Counted from the stretch's first letter, positions 28,848 to 38,469 are shown. The stretch: 64,000 nucleotides of DNA from an uncultured Candidatus Saccharibacteria bacterium (GCA_964491925.1 CAZBGZ010000001.1:257621-321620); one strand, 5' to 3'. Numbers and translations are program-made. Notes: generated by a model from the sequence alone, not told the origin.

Positions 28848-31043
28848 ATGGCTAAGAAAAAGAGAAAACAAACAAAGAAAAACTTAAAGAACCAACCACC
28901 CAAGGAGGATTCGAACTTTTGGCCTTTAGCCGGGGCCATCATAATGATGCTTTTGGCCATCTTCTTGATGCTTGGAGGGTTTGGCACGGGTGGGCCATTA
29001 CCTGAAAGCCTTTTCCACGGAGCATATTGGGCACTAGGATGGGCAGCATACCTGACTATCCCGGCACTAATATTCTTGGGGGTTCAAAAATTTACTAGCG
29101 AAGATAAGCAAATTCCACTGGAGAAATCTGTAAGCGTACTGGCATTTTTAACATTTGTCGCCTGTTTGTTGCACACAATGTTTGTATCACAAGACGCATC
29201 CGGTGCCTATACTGGTAACGGCGGTGCTATGGGGAAAACAATTGGCGGGGCAACACTTGGTGCTATTAACCAGATACCTGCGAGTATTATGTTTTTGGTT
29301 CTATCGTTGTTAGCATTTTTCCTAGCAAGCGGTGTATCACCAAAGGTATTGTTAAAAATTGGTGACTTATTCAAGAAAAGTGATAAGAAACCAGAGCTAG
29401 CTGATCTAAAGGACAAAGCCGAACATCCTGGTTTCCAACTTAACGAGGGTGTGCCGGTCGAACATAACTCTGGACCTCGGCTATCTACATTGAAGAACAC
29501 TGCACAAAAGTTAAGCCCAAATGAAAATCACGAAGCTCTGACAGTAGCCAGCGACCCACTTTGGAAATTCCCAAGTCTCGATCTGCTGAATCAAAAACAA
29601 GACAAGGCTGACGCAGGCGATGTAGAGGGTAATGCCGAGATGATCAAGGAAAGTCTAGCTAATTTCAATATAGATGTTGAAATGGAAGGCGCTAATATTG
29701 GGCCCAGAGTAACTCAGTTTACTCTCAGGCCTCCAGCCGGCATCAAGTTAACCAGGATTAAGGCCCTGGAGGATAACTTGGCACTCGATCTTGCCGCTCA
29801 GACTATACGAATCGAAGCACCAATTCCAGGGAAGCGAGCAGTGGGCATCGAAGTCCCCAACGTCAAACCGGCACATGTACGGATTAGCAGTATCTTGCAA
29901 ACACCAGAATGGAAAAGTATGGACAGTCACCTGGGGATTGTTATCGGTAAAGATATTTCGGGTACACCAATTGTTCGTTCGCTAGACAAGATGCCACATA
30001 TGCTAGTAGCTGGGCAAACCGGTTCTGGTAAATCTGTCATGATAAATACGATTTTAACTTCTCTGTTATATAAAAACAGTCCGTCAGATCTGAAGCTGAT
30101 TTTAGTAGATCCCAAACAGGTTGAGCTGAAGCCCTATGACGGCATTCCGCATTTGCTCGCACCTGTTATTACAGAACCAGAAAAATGCATTAGCGCGCTA
30201 AAATGGACAGTTGCTGAGATGGAACGGCGGTATAAAGCACTCGCCGAGGTAAATAAGCGCAATATTGTCGAATACAACACACTCAAAAAAGAAGAGGGCA
30301 TGCCGTACATAGTTATTGTAATTGACGAGTTGGCTGACCTAATGATGATGGCTGCTCGTGATGTGGAATCGCTGATAGTCCGAATAGCTCAGAAAGCCCG
30401 GGCTGTCGGTATTCACTTGATACTGGCTACCCAAAGACCAAGCGTTGATGTAATCACAGGGCTTATTAAAGCCAACATTCCAGCTAGAATCGCCTTCACC
30501 GTTGCTAGCCAGATTGACTCGAGGACAATTATTGACCAAATGGGTGCCGAAAAACTACTGGGGCAGGGTGATATGTTGCTATTGACAGCAGAAATGCCAA
30601 AACCAAAACGTGTTCAAGGTGGGCTGATCACGGATGAGGAAACAGCAAAAATCACGGAATTTATCAGGGAACAACGAGCACCAAATTATGACGAAGAAGT
30701 CGTTAGCCAGCCGGTTCAGATAGGCAATGGTCGCGGAGGCACAGTCTCTGACTATGGCGCAGCGGATGCCGATGACGATATGTGGAAGGATGCAATAAAA
30801 GTGGTTGTTGATAGCAGAAAAGCTAGCACTAGTTTGTTGCAGAGACGTCTAAGGGTTGGGTATGCCAGAGCAGCAAGGCTGGTTGAGGCTATGGAAGAAC
30901 AAGGGATAATTGGGCCGGCTGATGGATCTCGCCCGCGTGATGTTCTCGTCAATTCTGTTGATGAGGTTTTTGGAGCTGCAGAAACCCCACAACCAGAAGT
31001 AGCAATCGCACAGTCTGAAGATAAGATAGAAGAAGAGGTGTAA
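28848..31043 (+). CDS. ftsK: DNA translocase FtsK
   Basis: N-terminal TMs, PHMLVAGQTGSGKS, IDELADLMM, ATQRPS, gamma domain (LLQRRLRVGYARAARL). Confidence 0.97.
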   Translation: MAKKKRKQTKKNLKNQPPKEDSNFWPLAGAIIMMLLAIFLMLGGFGTGGPLPESLFHGAYWALGWAAYLTIPALIFLGVQKFTSEDKQIPLEKSVSVLAFLTFVACLLHTMFVSQDASGAYTGNGGAMGKTIGGATLGAINQIPASIMFLVLSLLAFFLASGVSPKVLLKIGDLFKKSDKKPELADLKDKAEHPGFQLNEGVPVEHNSGPRLSTLKNTAQKLSPNENHEALTVASDPLWKFPSLDLLNQKQDKADAGDVEGNAEMIKESLANFNIDVEMEGANIGPRVTQFTLRPPAGIKLTRIKALEDNLALDLAAQTIRIEAPIPGKRAVGIEVPNVKPAHVRISSILQTPEWKSMDSHLGIVIGKDISGTPIVRSLDKMPHMLVAGQTGSGKSVMINTILTSLLYKNSPSDLKLILVDPKQVELKPYDGIPHLLAPVITEPEKCISALKWTVAEMERRYKALAEVNKRNIVEYNTLKKEEGMPYIVIVIDELADLMMMAARDVESLIVRIAQKARAVGIHLILATQRPSVDVITGLIKANIPARIAFTVASQIDSRTIIDQMGAEKLLGQGDMLLLTAEMPKPKRVQGGLITDEETAKITEFIREQRAPNYDEEVVSQPVQIGNGRGGTVSDYGAADADDDMWKDAIKVVVDSRKASTSLLQRRLRVGYARAARLVEAMEEQGIIGPADGSRPRDVLVNSVDEVFGAAETPQPEVAIAQSEDKIEEEV

Positions 31044-31420
31044 TGCTTAGCCTTTTTGCGGGTTTTGTATGTGAAACATCGTACTATCCACAGATTTTGC
31101 TGAGTAGAATGATTTTCTGGTCGAGTGTTGTGGGTGCTGGTATCCTCATCTTCGTTAGTTTTAAAAAAATAAAAACCTGGTGGTTAAAGATTTTATCCAC
31201 AGCCGGTATTCTGTTAGCGCTCGTGACGGTGCTTTTTATAACTACAGTTTTTGTCATTCCTTGGGGATGTAGCGTAAACCCACTCGACTTCTCGAAGCCG
31301 ATTAATCCGAATTACGATCCTCGAAACTTTGGACCTCCCTCGTCAGATGAAATACATCTCAATGCTGCACCCGATGCGTCCAATGGTGGGGTAGAGATAT
31401 ATAACGTTAATCCTCAATAG
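31043..31420 (+). CDS. Hypothetical membrane protein
   Basis: Two TM segments; TAATG overlap with ftsK. Confidence 0.55.
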   Translation: MLSLFAGFVCETSYYPQILLSRMIFWSSVVGAGILIFVSFKKIKTWWLKILSTAGILLALVTVLFITTVFVIPWGCSVNPLDFSKPINPNYDPRNFGPPSSDEIHLNAAPDASNGGVEIYNVNPQ

Positions 31421-31424
31421 AGCA

Positions 31425-31453
31425 TTGACAATTTCTATCTGTTAGAGTAGAAT
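31425..31453 (+). promoter_or_regulatory. Sigma70 promoter of rpsF-ssb-rpsR
   Basis: TTGACA-N17-TAGAAT. Confidence 0.7.
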
Positions 31454-31523
31454 AAGTCTACTAATAAACCTCAGTTCGTTATCACTCAGGAGAACGGGCC
31501 GAAAGACCAAAGTAAGGAGTTTT

Positions 31524-31907
31524 ATGCAGCAATATGAATTAGCGGTCGTATACGATCCGGGCCTAGAAGTAGACTTGTCTAAGGCTGAAGACAGAGTCAA
31601 AAAAATAGTTAGCGATAACAAGGGCAAAATCGTTAGTGACGATAATTGGGGCAAGCGAAAGTTAGCTTACCCGATCAACAAGCACGAACACGGCGTGTAT
31701 GTTTTTTATATAGTAGAACTCGTGCCAACGAGCCTAGCAAAAGTTGAAAGCTCATTGAATATTACTAACGAAGTAATTCGCTATCTTATTGTCAGGCAGG
31801 ACGAAAAAGAACTAGCCAAAGTAGCCGCTGCCAAGGCTGCCAAAGCCGAACGCGAAGCCAAGCAAGAAGCTAAAGAAAACGAACCAAAAGAGTCTAAGGG
31901 GGAATAG
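31524..31907 (+). CDS. rpsF: 30S ribosomal protein S6
   Basis: YEL, WGKRKLAYPI, VIRYLIV; rpsF-ssb-rpsR order. Confidence 0.96.
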   Translation: MQQYELAVVYDPGLEVDLSKAEDRVKKIVSDNKGKIVSDDNWGKRKLAYPINKHEHGVYVFYIVELVPTSLAKVESSLNITNEVIRYLIVRQDEKELAKVAAAKAAKAEREAKQEAKENEPKESKGE

Positions 31908-31911
31908 GCAT

Positions 31912-32385
31912 ATGGCAAAAAGTATTAACATGGTAACGCTGATGGGGAACCTGACTAGGGACCCAGAACTACGACAAACACCGAATGGCCAAAGTGTATG
32001 TAGCTTTAGTCTAGCGTTAAATCGTAGCTATAAAGATGCTAGCGGTGAATGGAAAGAGCTGACAGATTACGTAAATATTATCGCTTGGGCGGCTCTTGGC
32101 GAAAGGGTTTCGCAGTACCTAGCAAAAGGTCGCCGATGTTTAGTTGTTGGCCGTTTACAGAGCAGTAGCTGGGAACAAGACGGTCAAAAGCGAAGCAAAA
32201 TCGAGGTTGTAGCCAATGATGTAACTTTTCTAGATGGTCGTGGTGGCGATGGTTCGTATGAGGCGAGCGATAAGAGCTCAACATCATCTAGCCCGCAATC
32301 TACAACCAGTAAAAAACAAGATGATGTCGTAATTGAAGACATAGATGATAGTGCACCTATAAACTTAGACGACATCCCATTTTAA
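31912..32385 (+). CDS. ssb: Single-stranded DNA-binding protein
   Basis: GNLTRDPELR OB fold; C-terminal DDIPF. Confidence 0.98.
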   Translation: MAKSINMVTLMGNLTRDPELRQTPNGQSVCSFSLALNRSYKDASGEWKELTDYVNIIAWAALGERVSQYLAKGRRCLVVGRLQSSSWEQDGQKRSKIEVVANDVTFLDGRGGDGSYEASDKSSTSSSPQSTTSKKQDDVVIEDIDDSAPINLDDIPF

Positions 32386-32397
32386 GGAGAAATAATA

Positions 32398-32601
32398 ATG
32401 GCGAAGATTTTTAGAAGAAAAGAAGAAGTAGCGTATTTTGACTACAAGGATTTCAAGTCCTTGCAGCGATATTTGAATGTATATGGTCAGATTGAGCCAC
32501 GTAAAAAGACTGGCCTAACAGAGAGCCAACAACGACATTTATCTCGAGCAATCAAACGCGCTCGACACCTAGCACTCTTACAATTCGTATCTAACGGTTA
32601 G
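32398..32601 (+). CDS. rpsR: 30S ribosomal protein S18
   Basis: DYKD...[17 protein letters not shown]. Confidence 0.95.
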   Translation: MAKIFRRKEEVAYFDYKDFKSLQRYLNVYGQIEPRKKTGLTESQQRHLSRAIKRARHLALLQFVSNG

Positions 32602-32611
32602 GGCGGCACCA

Positions 32612-33178
32612 ATGGCTTTTGGTATAACTGATCTTAAAAAAGGTACTATTTTTCAACTAGACGGTACGCCGTACCGTGTTGTGCAATATGGCCAAAAAGT
32701 TATGGGGCGCGGCGGAAGCATTGTTAATGTAAAGATCAAAAGTCTAATAGATGGTCGGGTTCTGGACAAAACATTCAAGGGCAATGAAAACGTTGAACCG
32801 GCTGATGTAACCAACCAAAAAGTTCAATATCTTTACAACAATGAATCCAATTTTTTCTTTATGAATCAAGATACCTACGAACAATTCGAGGTTCGTAAAG
32901 ATATTATTGGCGACCAGTCGGGCTATTTGAAGGAAAGCGATAATGTCACGATCCAACTGTTTGACGGCCAGGTCATAAATGTAGAATTACCTAAGAATGT
33001 CTACCTAAAAGTTACTTATTGCGAGGATGTAGTAAAAGGCGACACTACCAGCTCGATCACGAAAGATGCTGAACTTGAGACTGGCATAACAGTAAAAGTT
33101 CCAGCTTTTATCAAAACAGGTGACGTAATATCTGTTGATACCGAGAGTGGCGCCTACCGTGAACGCAAGAAAGACTAA
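32612..33178 (+). CDS. efp: Translation elongation factor P
   Basis: VMGRGG loop, VKGDT, K.AELETG...VPAFI.TGD. Confidence 0.95.
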   Translation: MAFGITDLKKGTIFQLDGTPYRVVQYGQKVMGRGGSIVNVKIKSLIDGRVLDKTFKGNENVEPADVTNQKVQYLYNNESNFFFMNQDTYEQFEVRKDIIGDQSGYLKESDNVTIQLFDGQVINVELPKNVYLKVTYCEDVVKGDTTSSITKDAELETGITVKVPAFIKTGDVISVDTESGAYRERKKD

Positions 33179-33193
33179 AGGAAACGACGAACT

Positions 33194-33913
33194 ATGGCTA
33201 AACAAAGACTAGACCAGGCTCTGGTCAGTAAAAAGCTAGTTCAGTCTCGCTCTCAAGCAGAAAACTACATAAAATTGGGCATTGTTAGTGTTGGTGGCAT
33301 CATTGTCAAAAAACCAGGGTATTTTGTTGGTGACGATACCCGCATCGTGTTGGACACAGATGAAAGATACGTGTCACGTGCCGCTTTAAAGTTGGCGTCG
33401 GTGGCAGAACAGTTCAAGTTAGATTTTAAAAATAAAGTAATACTAGATGTCGGATCATCAACTGGTGGTTTCACAGATTTTGCATTGCAACACGGCGCCG
33501 CCAAAGCTATTGATGTAGAAGTTGGCAGTGATCAATTACACCCTAACCTGATAGGCGATAAAAGAATCGAGCTTCTCGAGCAGACGGATATAAGGTCGGT
33601 CCAAAAATTGTCATCACCTGCAGACATAGTCCTAATTGATGTTTCTTTCATATCCCTAAGAGAAATTTTGCCTCATGTTGCCTCGCTAGTAAATAAATAT
33701 GCGATAGTTGTCGCTATGGTAAAGCCACAATTTGAAGCTCCCAGCGAAGTTAAACATAAAGGCGTGATTAAAAACGAGAGAATAAGGCGAAATATTCTGA
33801 AAGATTTTGAGGCTTGGGTTAGGAAGTATTTTGCGACCATAGATAAAGCCGATAGTAAGGTTAGTGGCAATAAAGGCAATATCGAACGGTTTTATTTACT
33901 CAAGAAGATTTAA
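33194..33913 (+). CDS. tlyA: TlyA family rRNA methyltransferase
   Basis: S4 domain, YVSRAALKL, LDVGSSTGGFTD, DVSFISL, VKPQFE. Confidence 0.93.
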   Translation: MAKQRLDQALVSKKLVQSRSQAENYIKLGIVSVGGIIVKKPGYFVGDDTRIVLDTDERYVSRAALKLASVAEQFKLDFKNKVILDVGSSTGGFTDFALQHGAAKAIDVEVGSDQLHPNLIGDKRIELLEQTDIRSVQKLSSPADIVLIDVSFISLREILPHVASLVNKYAIVVAMVKPQFEAPSEVKHKGVIKNERIRRNILKDFEAWVRKYFATIDKADSKVSGNKGNIERFYLLKKI

Positions 33914-33941
33914 CCAATAAGCCTAATTTCGGATAGTAATT

Positions 33942-34589
33942 TCAAAGAAAGCTTCGTAACTTGGCTTCGTCTTTTATTGTGATATGAGACTGTACATTAC
34001 TAATGAGCCCTTTTCTTATCAGCTGGGAAAGTTCACGACCAGTGGTCTCTCTAGTGGCATTAATTGAACTAGCTATATCTTGCTGTTTTAGCGGCGCTTC
34101 GATAAAAATTCCGTCTTTTGTACTTTCTCCGAAACGTTGACTCATGATTAACAAAAACGAAATCAATCTTTCGCGGACCGATCTGTATTCTAGATTAATA
34201 ATTCTTTCGGAATGAATTCGATACATCTCTAATATCACATCTAATAGTGGGGGCAAAAGATCCGGGTTTTGTTTTAGTAAATTCAAATATTTCTTCTGGT
34301 CTAGCCGCAGCACCTTAACGGGCGATAAAGCTTCGTATATAACATGACGACCTTCACCAGTAATGGACCATATAAGAGGGAAAATCTCGTTAGCTTTTCT
34401 AATAATAAGTAAGTTTTCTTCGCCATATTTAGTAATGTCGTATGCTTTAACTAATCCCTCTACTATATAAAAAACGCCCTGGGGGTTCTCCCCAGGGCGA
34501 ATAATAAATTCACCTTTTTTGTAAGTCAGTGGCGTGCCTTTCTGGAAGGCTTCCACTAAAGATGTGTGCTGATTTTTTGAAGCAAACAT
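33942..34589 (-). CDS. Crp/Fnr family transcriptional regulator
   Basis: cNMP-binding beta-roll and HTH 'QQDIASSINATRETTGREL'. Confidence 0.92.
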   Translation of the reverse strand: MFASKNQHTSLVEAFQKGTPLTYKKGEFIIRPGENPQGVFYIVEGLVKAYDITKYGEENLLIIRKANEIFPLIWSITGEGRHVIYEALSPVKVLRLDQKKYLNLLKQNPDLLPPLLDVILEMYRIHSERIINLEYRSVRERLISFLLIMSQRFGESTKDGIFIEAPLKQQDIASSINATRETTGRELSQLIRKGLISNVQSHITIKDEAKLRSFL

Positions 34590-34663
34590 ACCTATATTAT
34601 GTCACAAAAATATTAGTATTTGTAATTATATCGTTTCCTATTAATTTTTTTTTCGTAAGGGTT

Positions 34664-34683
34664 AGTGTGAGATATCTCGCACT
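34664..34683. promoter_or_regulatory. CRP-like binding site
   Basis: agTGTGAgatatcTCGCAct, a near-perfect palindrome matching TGTGA-N6-TCACA, between crp and the divergent gene. Confidence 0.7.
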
Positions 34684-34764
34684 CTTCGAGCGACTAGGTT
34701 AACAGACATTGACCTTTATGTAGACATATACTGATATTGTAGCAACAAATGAGGAGGTGCTCAG

Positions 34765-35385
34765 ATGGTTAGCTCAAAGGAAATAGAGGAACAATTAAAA
34801 AGATTGAATGTCCACTTTTCGTTTTTCGGTAACGCGGAACTTCGCGAGCTACAAAATATAATTGTCGAGAATGAACAGATCCAGTATTGCACCAATGGTC
34901 GTTACTCCGGGGGGTTTGCTGTTTTATGTGTCACAAACATGCGAGTTTTGCTTATTGATAAAAAACCATTTTTCCTGATGCTAGAAGACCATAGTTACGA
35001 AATGATAACCGGGGTGGACTATTCGTATAGGTTGCTAGATGCTACGGTAAAAATCCGCACAGCTAATAAAACGCTCAAATTTACTGGGTTTAACAAACAA
35101 GCATTGAGGAACGCCACGAGCCAAATACAACAGCAGGTAATACATTTTCGCCAATTGCATATCATGAGAGCAGAGACGGAACAATCAGGTATTGCTCAGG
35201 TTATTGATAACACCTCTTTGCATGAGTGGCCACGGCCAACGAATTTTTCTCCAGCAATATTGTCGGGCACTAGTGATGAAGCCGGATTGGTAGAAGTCGG
35301 GCTGCCAGATGTTGGAATCTCCAACTCGGCCAATCACTATATTAAGTCACCACTACTGACCCGAAGACGCCTGCCCAGATACTAA
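34765..35385 (+). CDS. Bacterial PH-domain protein
   Basis: 'ENEQI...GRY.GG.AVLCVTNMRVLLIDKK' bPH pattern; SD GAGGAGG. Confidence 0.7.
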   Translation: MVSSKEIEEQLKRLNVHFSFFGNAELRELQNIIVENEQIQYCTNGRYSGGFAVLCVTNMRVLLIDKKPFFLMLEDHSYEMITGVDYSYRLLDATVKIRTANKTLKFTGFNKQALRNATSQIQQQVIHFRQLHIMRAETEQSGIAQVIDNTSLHEWPRPTNFSPAILSGTSDEAGLVEVGLPDVGISNSANHYIKSPLLTRRRLPRY

Positions 35386-35389
35386 AATC

Positions 35390-36463
35390 TTATATGTTAA
35401 AACGAAATTCAACTATATCATCCGGTTGCATGATATAGTTTTTGCCCTCGAGGCGGACTTTTCCATTAGCCTTTGCACCAGCAACTGAGCCTGCCGATAC
35501 TAGGTCATCAAAACTAACTACTTCTGCAGCAATAAATCCTTTTTCGAAATCGCCGTGTATGACCCCTGCGGCTTTAGGAGCATTTGCCCCCTTTTTTACC
35601 GTCCAAGCCCGAACTTCTTTTTCGCCGGCAGTTAGATAACTCTGCAGACCCAGAGCATCATAAGCAGCATGGATTAGCTGGGTAAGGCCAGGTTCTTGCT
35701 GCCCATAACTTTCCATGAGCTCTCTTGCATCATTGCTATTAAGATCCTTTAGTTCGTTCTCTAATTTGGCACAAACAAATATGGCTTTGGCTGGGGCAAC
35801 CATTTCACTAAGTTGTTGCTTTTTATAGCTATCGGAAAGACCTTTTTCGTCCATGTTAAATAAGTAAATAGCAGGCTTAACTGTAATTAGATGAGTGCCC
35901 TTGATAAGATCAAAATCTAGGTCATCAACAGAGTGAAGTAGCTTTCCCTCATTGAGTAATTTTTGTGTTCGTTCTAGTGTATCAACAATAGGTTTTAGCT
36001 TGGGATTGCTCTTGGCTTCTTTAGCAATTTTTGGGAGCTGTTTTTCGATGGTTTGCAGATCCGCCAGCATGAGTTCTGTATTAATTACTTCAATGTCTTT
36101 CTCGGGATCGACTTTTTCATCAACGTGTACAACGTTAGAGTCGTTAAAGGCCCTGACGACGTGGCATAAAGCATCGGTGGAGCGAATATGGCCCAGAAAC
36201 TGGTTACCCAGACCTTCACCCTTGGATGCCCCGGAAACTAAGCCAGCAATATCAATAAAATTCACCGTTGCCGGGACGACAGGTGCGTTGTTATATATTT
36301 TTGCTAGAGCCGGCAATCGGTGATCCGGGATTGCTACTATGCCCGTGTTAGGCTCGATTGTTGCAAAAGGATAGTTTGCGGCTAGTATGTCGTTGCTCGT
36401 TAAGCTGTTAAAAAGTGTAGACTTACCAACATTCGGTAACCCAACTATTCCGATTGATAGCAC
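35390..36463 (-). CDS. ychF: Obg-family ATPase YchF (5' end supplied by the integrated element)
   Basis: GIVGLPNVGKSTLFN, ANYPFATIEPN, DIAGLV.GAS.GEGLGNQFL, TGS domain; GTG start. Confidence 0.97.
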   Translation of the reverse strand: MLSIGIVGLPNVGKSTLFNSLTSNDILAANYPFATIEPNTGIVAIPDHRLPALAKIYNNAPVVPATVNFIDIAGLVSGASKGEGLGNQFLGHIRSTDALCHVVRAFNDSNVVHVDEKVDPEKDIEVINTELMLADLQTIEKQLPKIAKEAKSNPKLKPIVDTLERTQKLLNEGKLLHSVDDLDFDLIKGTHLITVKPAIYLFNMDEKGLSDSYKKQQLSEMVAPAKAIFVCAKLENELKDLNSNDARELMESYGQQEPGLTQLIHAAYDALGLQSYLTAGEKEVRAWTVKKGANAPKAAGVIHGDFEKGFIAAEVVSFDDLVSAGSVAGAKANGKVRLEGKNYIMQPDDIVEFRFNI

Positions 36464-38108
36464 GCAATCCTACCTTTCCACCTTCATTGGGTATGTTTGA
36501 GTTCCAATAATCGCTATCTTTAGCATTTAATCTTTCCTTTCCAAAAGAAGCAGGTTCCATAGCGGGTATAAACCCCCAGATTGTAACTTCTTCTTTCGTT
36601 GCTATTACTTTATCAACTATCTTGCGAACAGTAAAAAGCTTACCCTCGAAAGGTAGCTTCGTCATAAATTCATTAAAACCTTTTGCTAGGTGATCTAAGT
36701 CTATATTTTGGAATTGACTTAGTTTGTCTTCTGAAGGCTGTGACTGTAGCTTTAACAGTTCCTCACGGCGTTTACGGACACTTTTTATTTGTTCTTGATA
36801 AACCTCCTCGCTCATTAGTGCTTGACCATACATTTTTGCGTATCGACGTTCTTCCTCTTCTAGTAGTTTAAGATTTTGTTTAACGTCGTTGACTTTGGCG
36901 TTATCTCGAGCCATATCAATTTTCTTGTCGGCGTATCGCTGTACTTGCTGCTTAATAAGATCAGGGTTGGTTAAGAGATCACAAATTTTCTCCCAGCCTG
37001 TGGCATCAAGTACGGTTACATTAACGCCAGCCTCTTTGCAAACAGTAGGCAAGGGGAAGTTGTGAAGCCTGTCTGTGCAGCGATAATACTTTTTACCATC
37101 AGGACCATCGCCAACACGCTTAGCACCACAAGGACACCATACAAGCCCGCCAAAGAGGTATTTGTGTCGCTTGTTGCGTTGAGCAAATCTTGCATTCAAC
37201 TTAATCTGTTTTTGAACTTTATCAAATAAAGCCTCATCAACGATGACAGGTACTTTCACCATAAGCCATTCTTCTTTATTTCTAACTTTACGGCTGGTTT
37301 TGTTTGTGTGTCGGTGTTTATATTTCTGAGTCGATTTTGCTTGGGGGTTTTGTGGAAGTACAGCTTCTAATTTGTAGTAGTAATGTCGTCCAACATAGGT
37401 TTCGTTAGTTAGCAGTCTGCTTACCGGTCCTTTAGTCCAAGACGCTCGTTTACCTTTCTTTGGTGGAATTTCTAACTCATATAAGCGTCGAATAACCTCA
37501 CGCAGTGATATGCCCTCTATCCCAACCCATTCAAACATCATTCGAACTACTCTTGCTTCTTGCTCGTTAATCTCAAAGTAGCCATTTTTCTTATTTAACC
37601 CCTTACCTTTAACGGGTATGTAGTTGTAGCCATAGGGAGGGTTATAACCAAGAAGATTTCCGCCACGTACCTTATTCAATTTACCAAGCCGAAAACGTTC
37701 AGCAATTTTAACACGCTCGTACTCGTGAAAGACGCCCATAACACTGCCCATAAGTTGCTCTTCAGGAGTCGTGCCATTTACATCGTGCAGGCTTTTGAAC
37801 CCAACTCCCGAGTGTCCTAGTTCTTCTATGACAATTTCTTGGTACACAAACTTTCTGGAAAGCCGACCGCGATCAAAAACGTATACAATATCAAACTTAT
37901 TTAGCTTGGCATCTTGCCGTAGTTGATCTAGTGCAGGGCGTTCAAGGAATGCACCGGACCAGCCTTCATCTTTATAAATACAATCCTCAATAAGTATGCA
38001 GCCGTCTGCTTTGATAGCCTCACGAATTTCGTGAAGTTGGGTTTCAATCGTTTGCTCATCCTTTTGGTTATCTGTGCTAACCCTGGCATAGAGTGCAGCT
38101 CGTTTCAT
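36423..38108 (-). CDS. Large serine recombinase (integrase) that reads across the att site
   Basis: YARVST catalytic Ser, DRGRLSR, recombinase domain, CPCG...C...C zinc ribbon, coiled coil. Confidence 0.95.
   Translation of the reverse strand: MKRAALYARVSTDNQKDEQTIETQLHEIREAIKADGCILIEDCIYKDEGWSGAFLERPALDQLRQDAKLNKFDIVYVFDRGRLSRKFVYQEIVIEELGHSGVGFKSLHDVNGTTPEEQLMGSVMGVFHEYERVKIAERFRLGKLNKVRGGNLLGYNPPYGYNYIPVKGKGLNKKNGYFEINEQEARVVRMMFEWVGIEGISLREVIRRLYELEIPPKKGKRASWTKGPVSRLLTNETYVGRHYYYKLEAVLPQNPQAKSTQKYKHRHTNKTSRKVRNKEEWLMVKVPVIVDEALFDKVQKQIKLNARFAQRNKRHKYLFGGLVWCPCGAKRVGDGPDGKKYYRCTDRLHNFPLPTVCKEAGVNVTVLDATGWEKICDLLTNPDLIKQQVQRYADKKIDMARDNAKVNDVKQNLKLLEEEERRYAKMYGQALMSEEVYQEQIKSVRKRREELLKLQSQPSEDKLSQFQNIDLDHLAKGFNEFMTKLPFEGKLFTVRKIVDKVIATKEEVTIWGFIPAMEPASFGKERLNAKDSDYWNSNIPNEGGKVGLRAINRNSWVTECW
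36440..36477 (-). other. Left attachment site (element arm plus host ychF half)
   Basis: Minus strand: aaaggtaggattgcgt-gctatcaatc-GG-aatagttggg. Confidence 0.85.
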
Positions 38109-38288
38109 CTAATCTTTCCTTTTTGTTGTCCGCTTTTTAACGAACTCCTCAATAGCTTGTTCACTTATTCGATATCCACGACCAAGTTTTACTGCCTCTA
38201 ATTCGCCATTTTTTATATAGGTGAGAACGCTTTGCCAATGGACCTGTAAACGCTCAGCAACCTCTGTAACTGTTAGATACTTTTCCAT
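38109..38288 (-). CDS. Excisionase-like HTH (HTH_17/MerR-type) protein, 59 aa
   Basis: Translated by hand: MEKYLTVTEVAERLQVHWQSVLTYIKNGELEAVKLGRGYRISEQAIEEFV...; stop abuts the integrase ATG. Confidence 0.85.
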   Translation of the reverse strand: MEKYLTVTEVAERLQVHWQSVLTYIKNGELEAVKLGRGYRISEQAIEEFVKKRTTKRKD

Positions 38289-38346
38289 AATTCATCCTTT
38301 CGTTACTATAAATAATTATAAACCATTATAAATAATAATACTACGG

Positions 38347-38466
38347 TTATGTTTGTTGCGCAAAGAACATATCAAACAAATAATCAAATACCTCATCAAC
38401 TGCATCCGCAGAGGCGTCTGGGCTAAGCCGATACTTAATCACTGGTTTAACAACTTTGCGCGGCAT
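38347..38466 (-). CDS. Small hypothetical protein, 39 aa
   Basis: Translated by hand: MPRKVVKPVIKYRLSPDASADAVDEVFDYLFDMFFAQQT; starts 3 nt after the upstream stop. Confidence 0.45.
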   Translation of the reverse strand: MPRKVVKPVIKYRLSPDASADAVDEVFDYLFDMFFAQQT

Positions 38467-38469
38467 AAC

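Noticed and set aside
36440-36445. Shared 6-mer cccaac (also at 53477-53482) as the crossover core
   Set aside because: The offset is the same, but the inverted arms are symmetric about the GG/CC dinucleotide at 36450-36451, which fits serine integrase chemistry better. Not fully excluded.
38300-38340. tataaataat direct repeats upstream of the xis-like gene as an origin
   Set aside because: Only two AT-rich 10-mers; could be promoter or operator sequence or chance, which is insufficient support.
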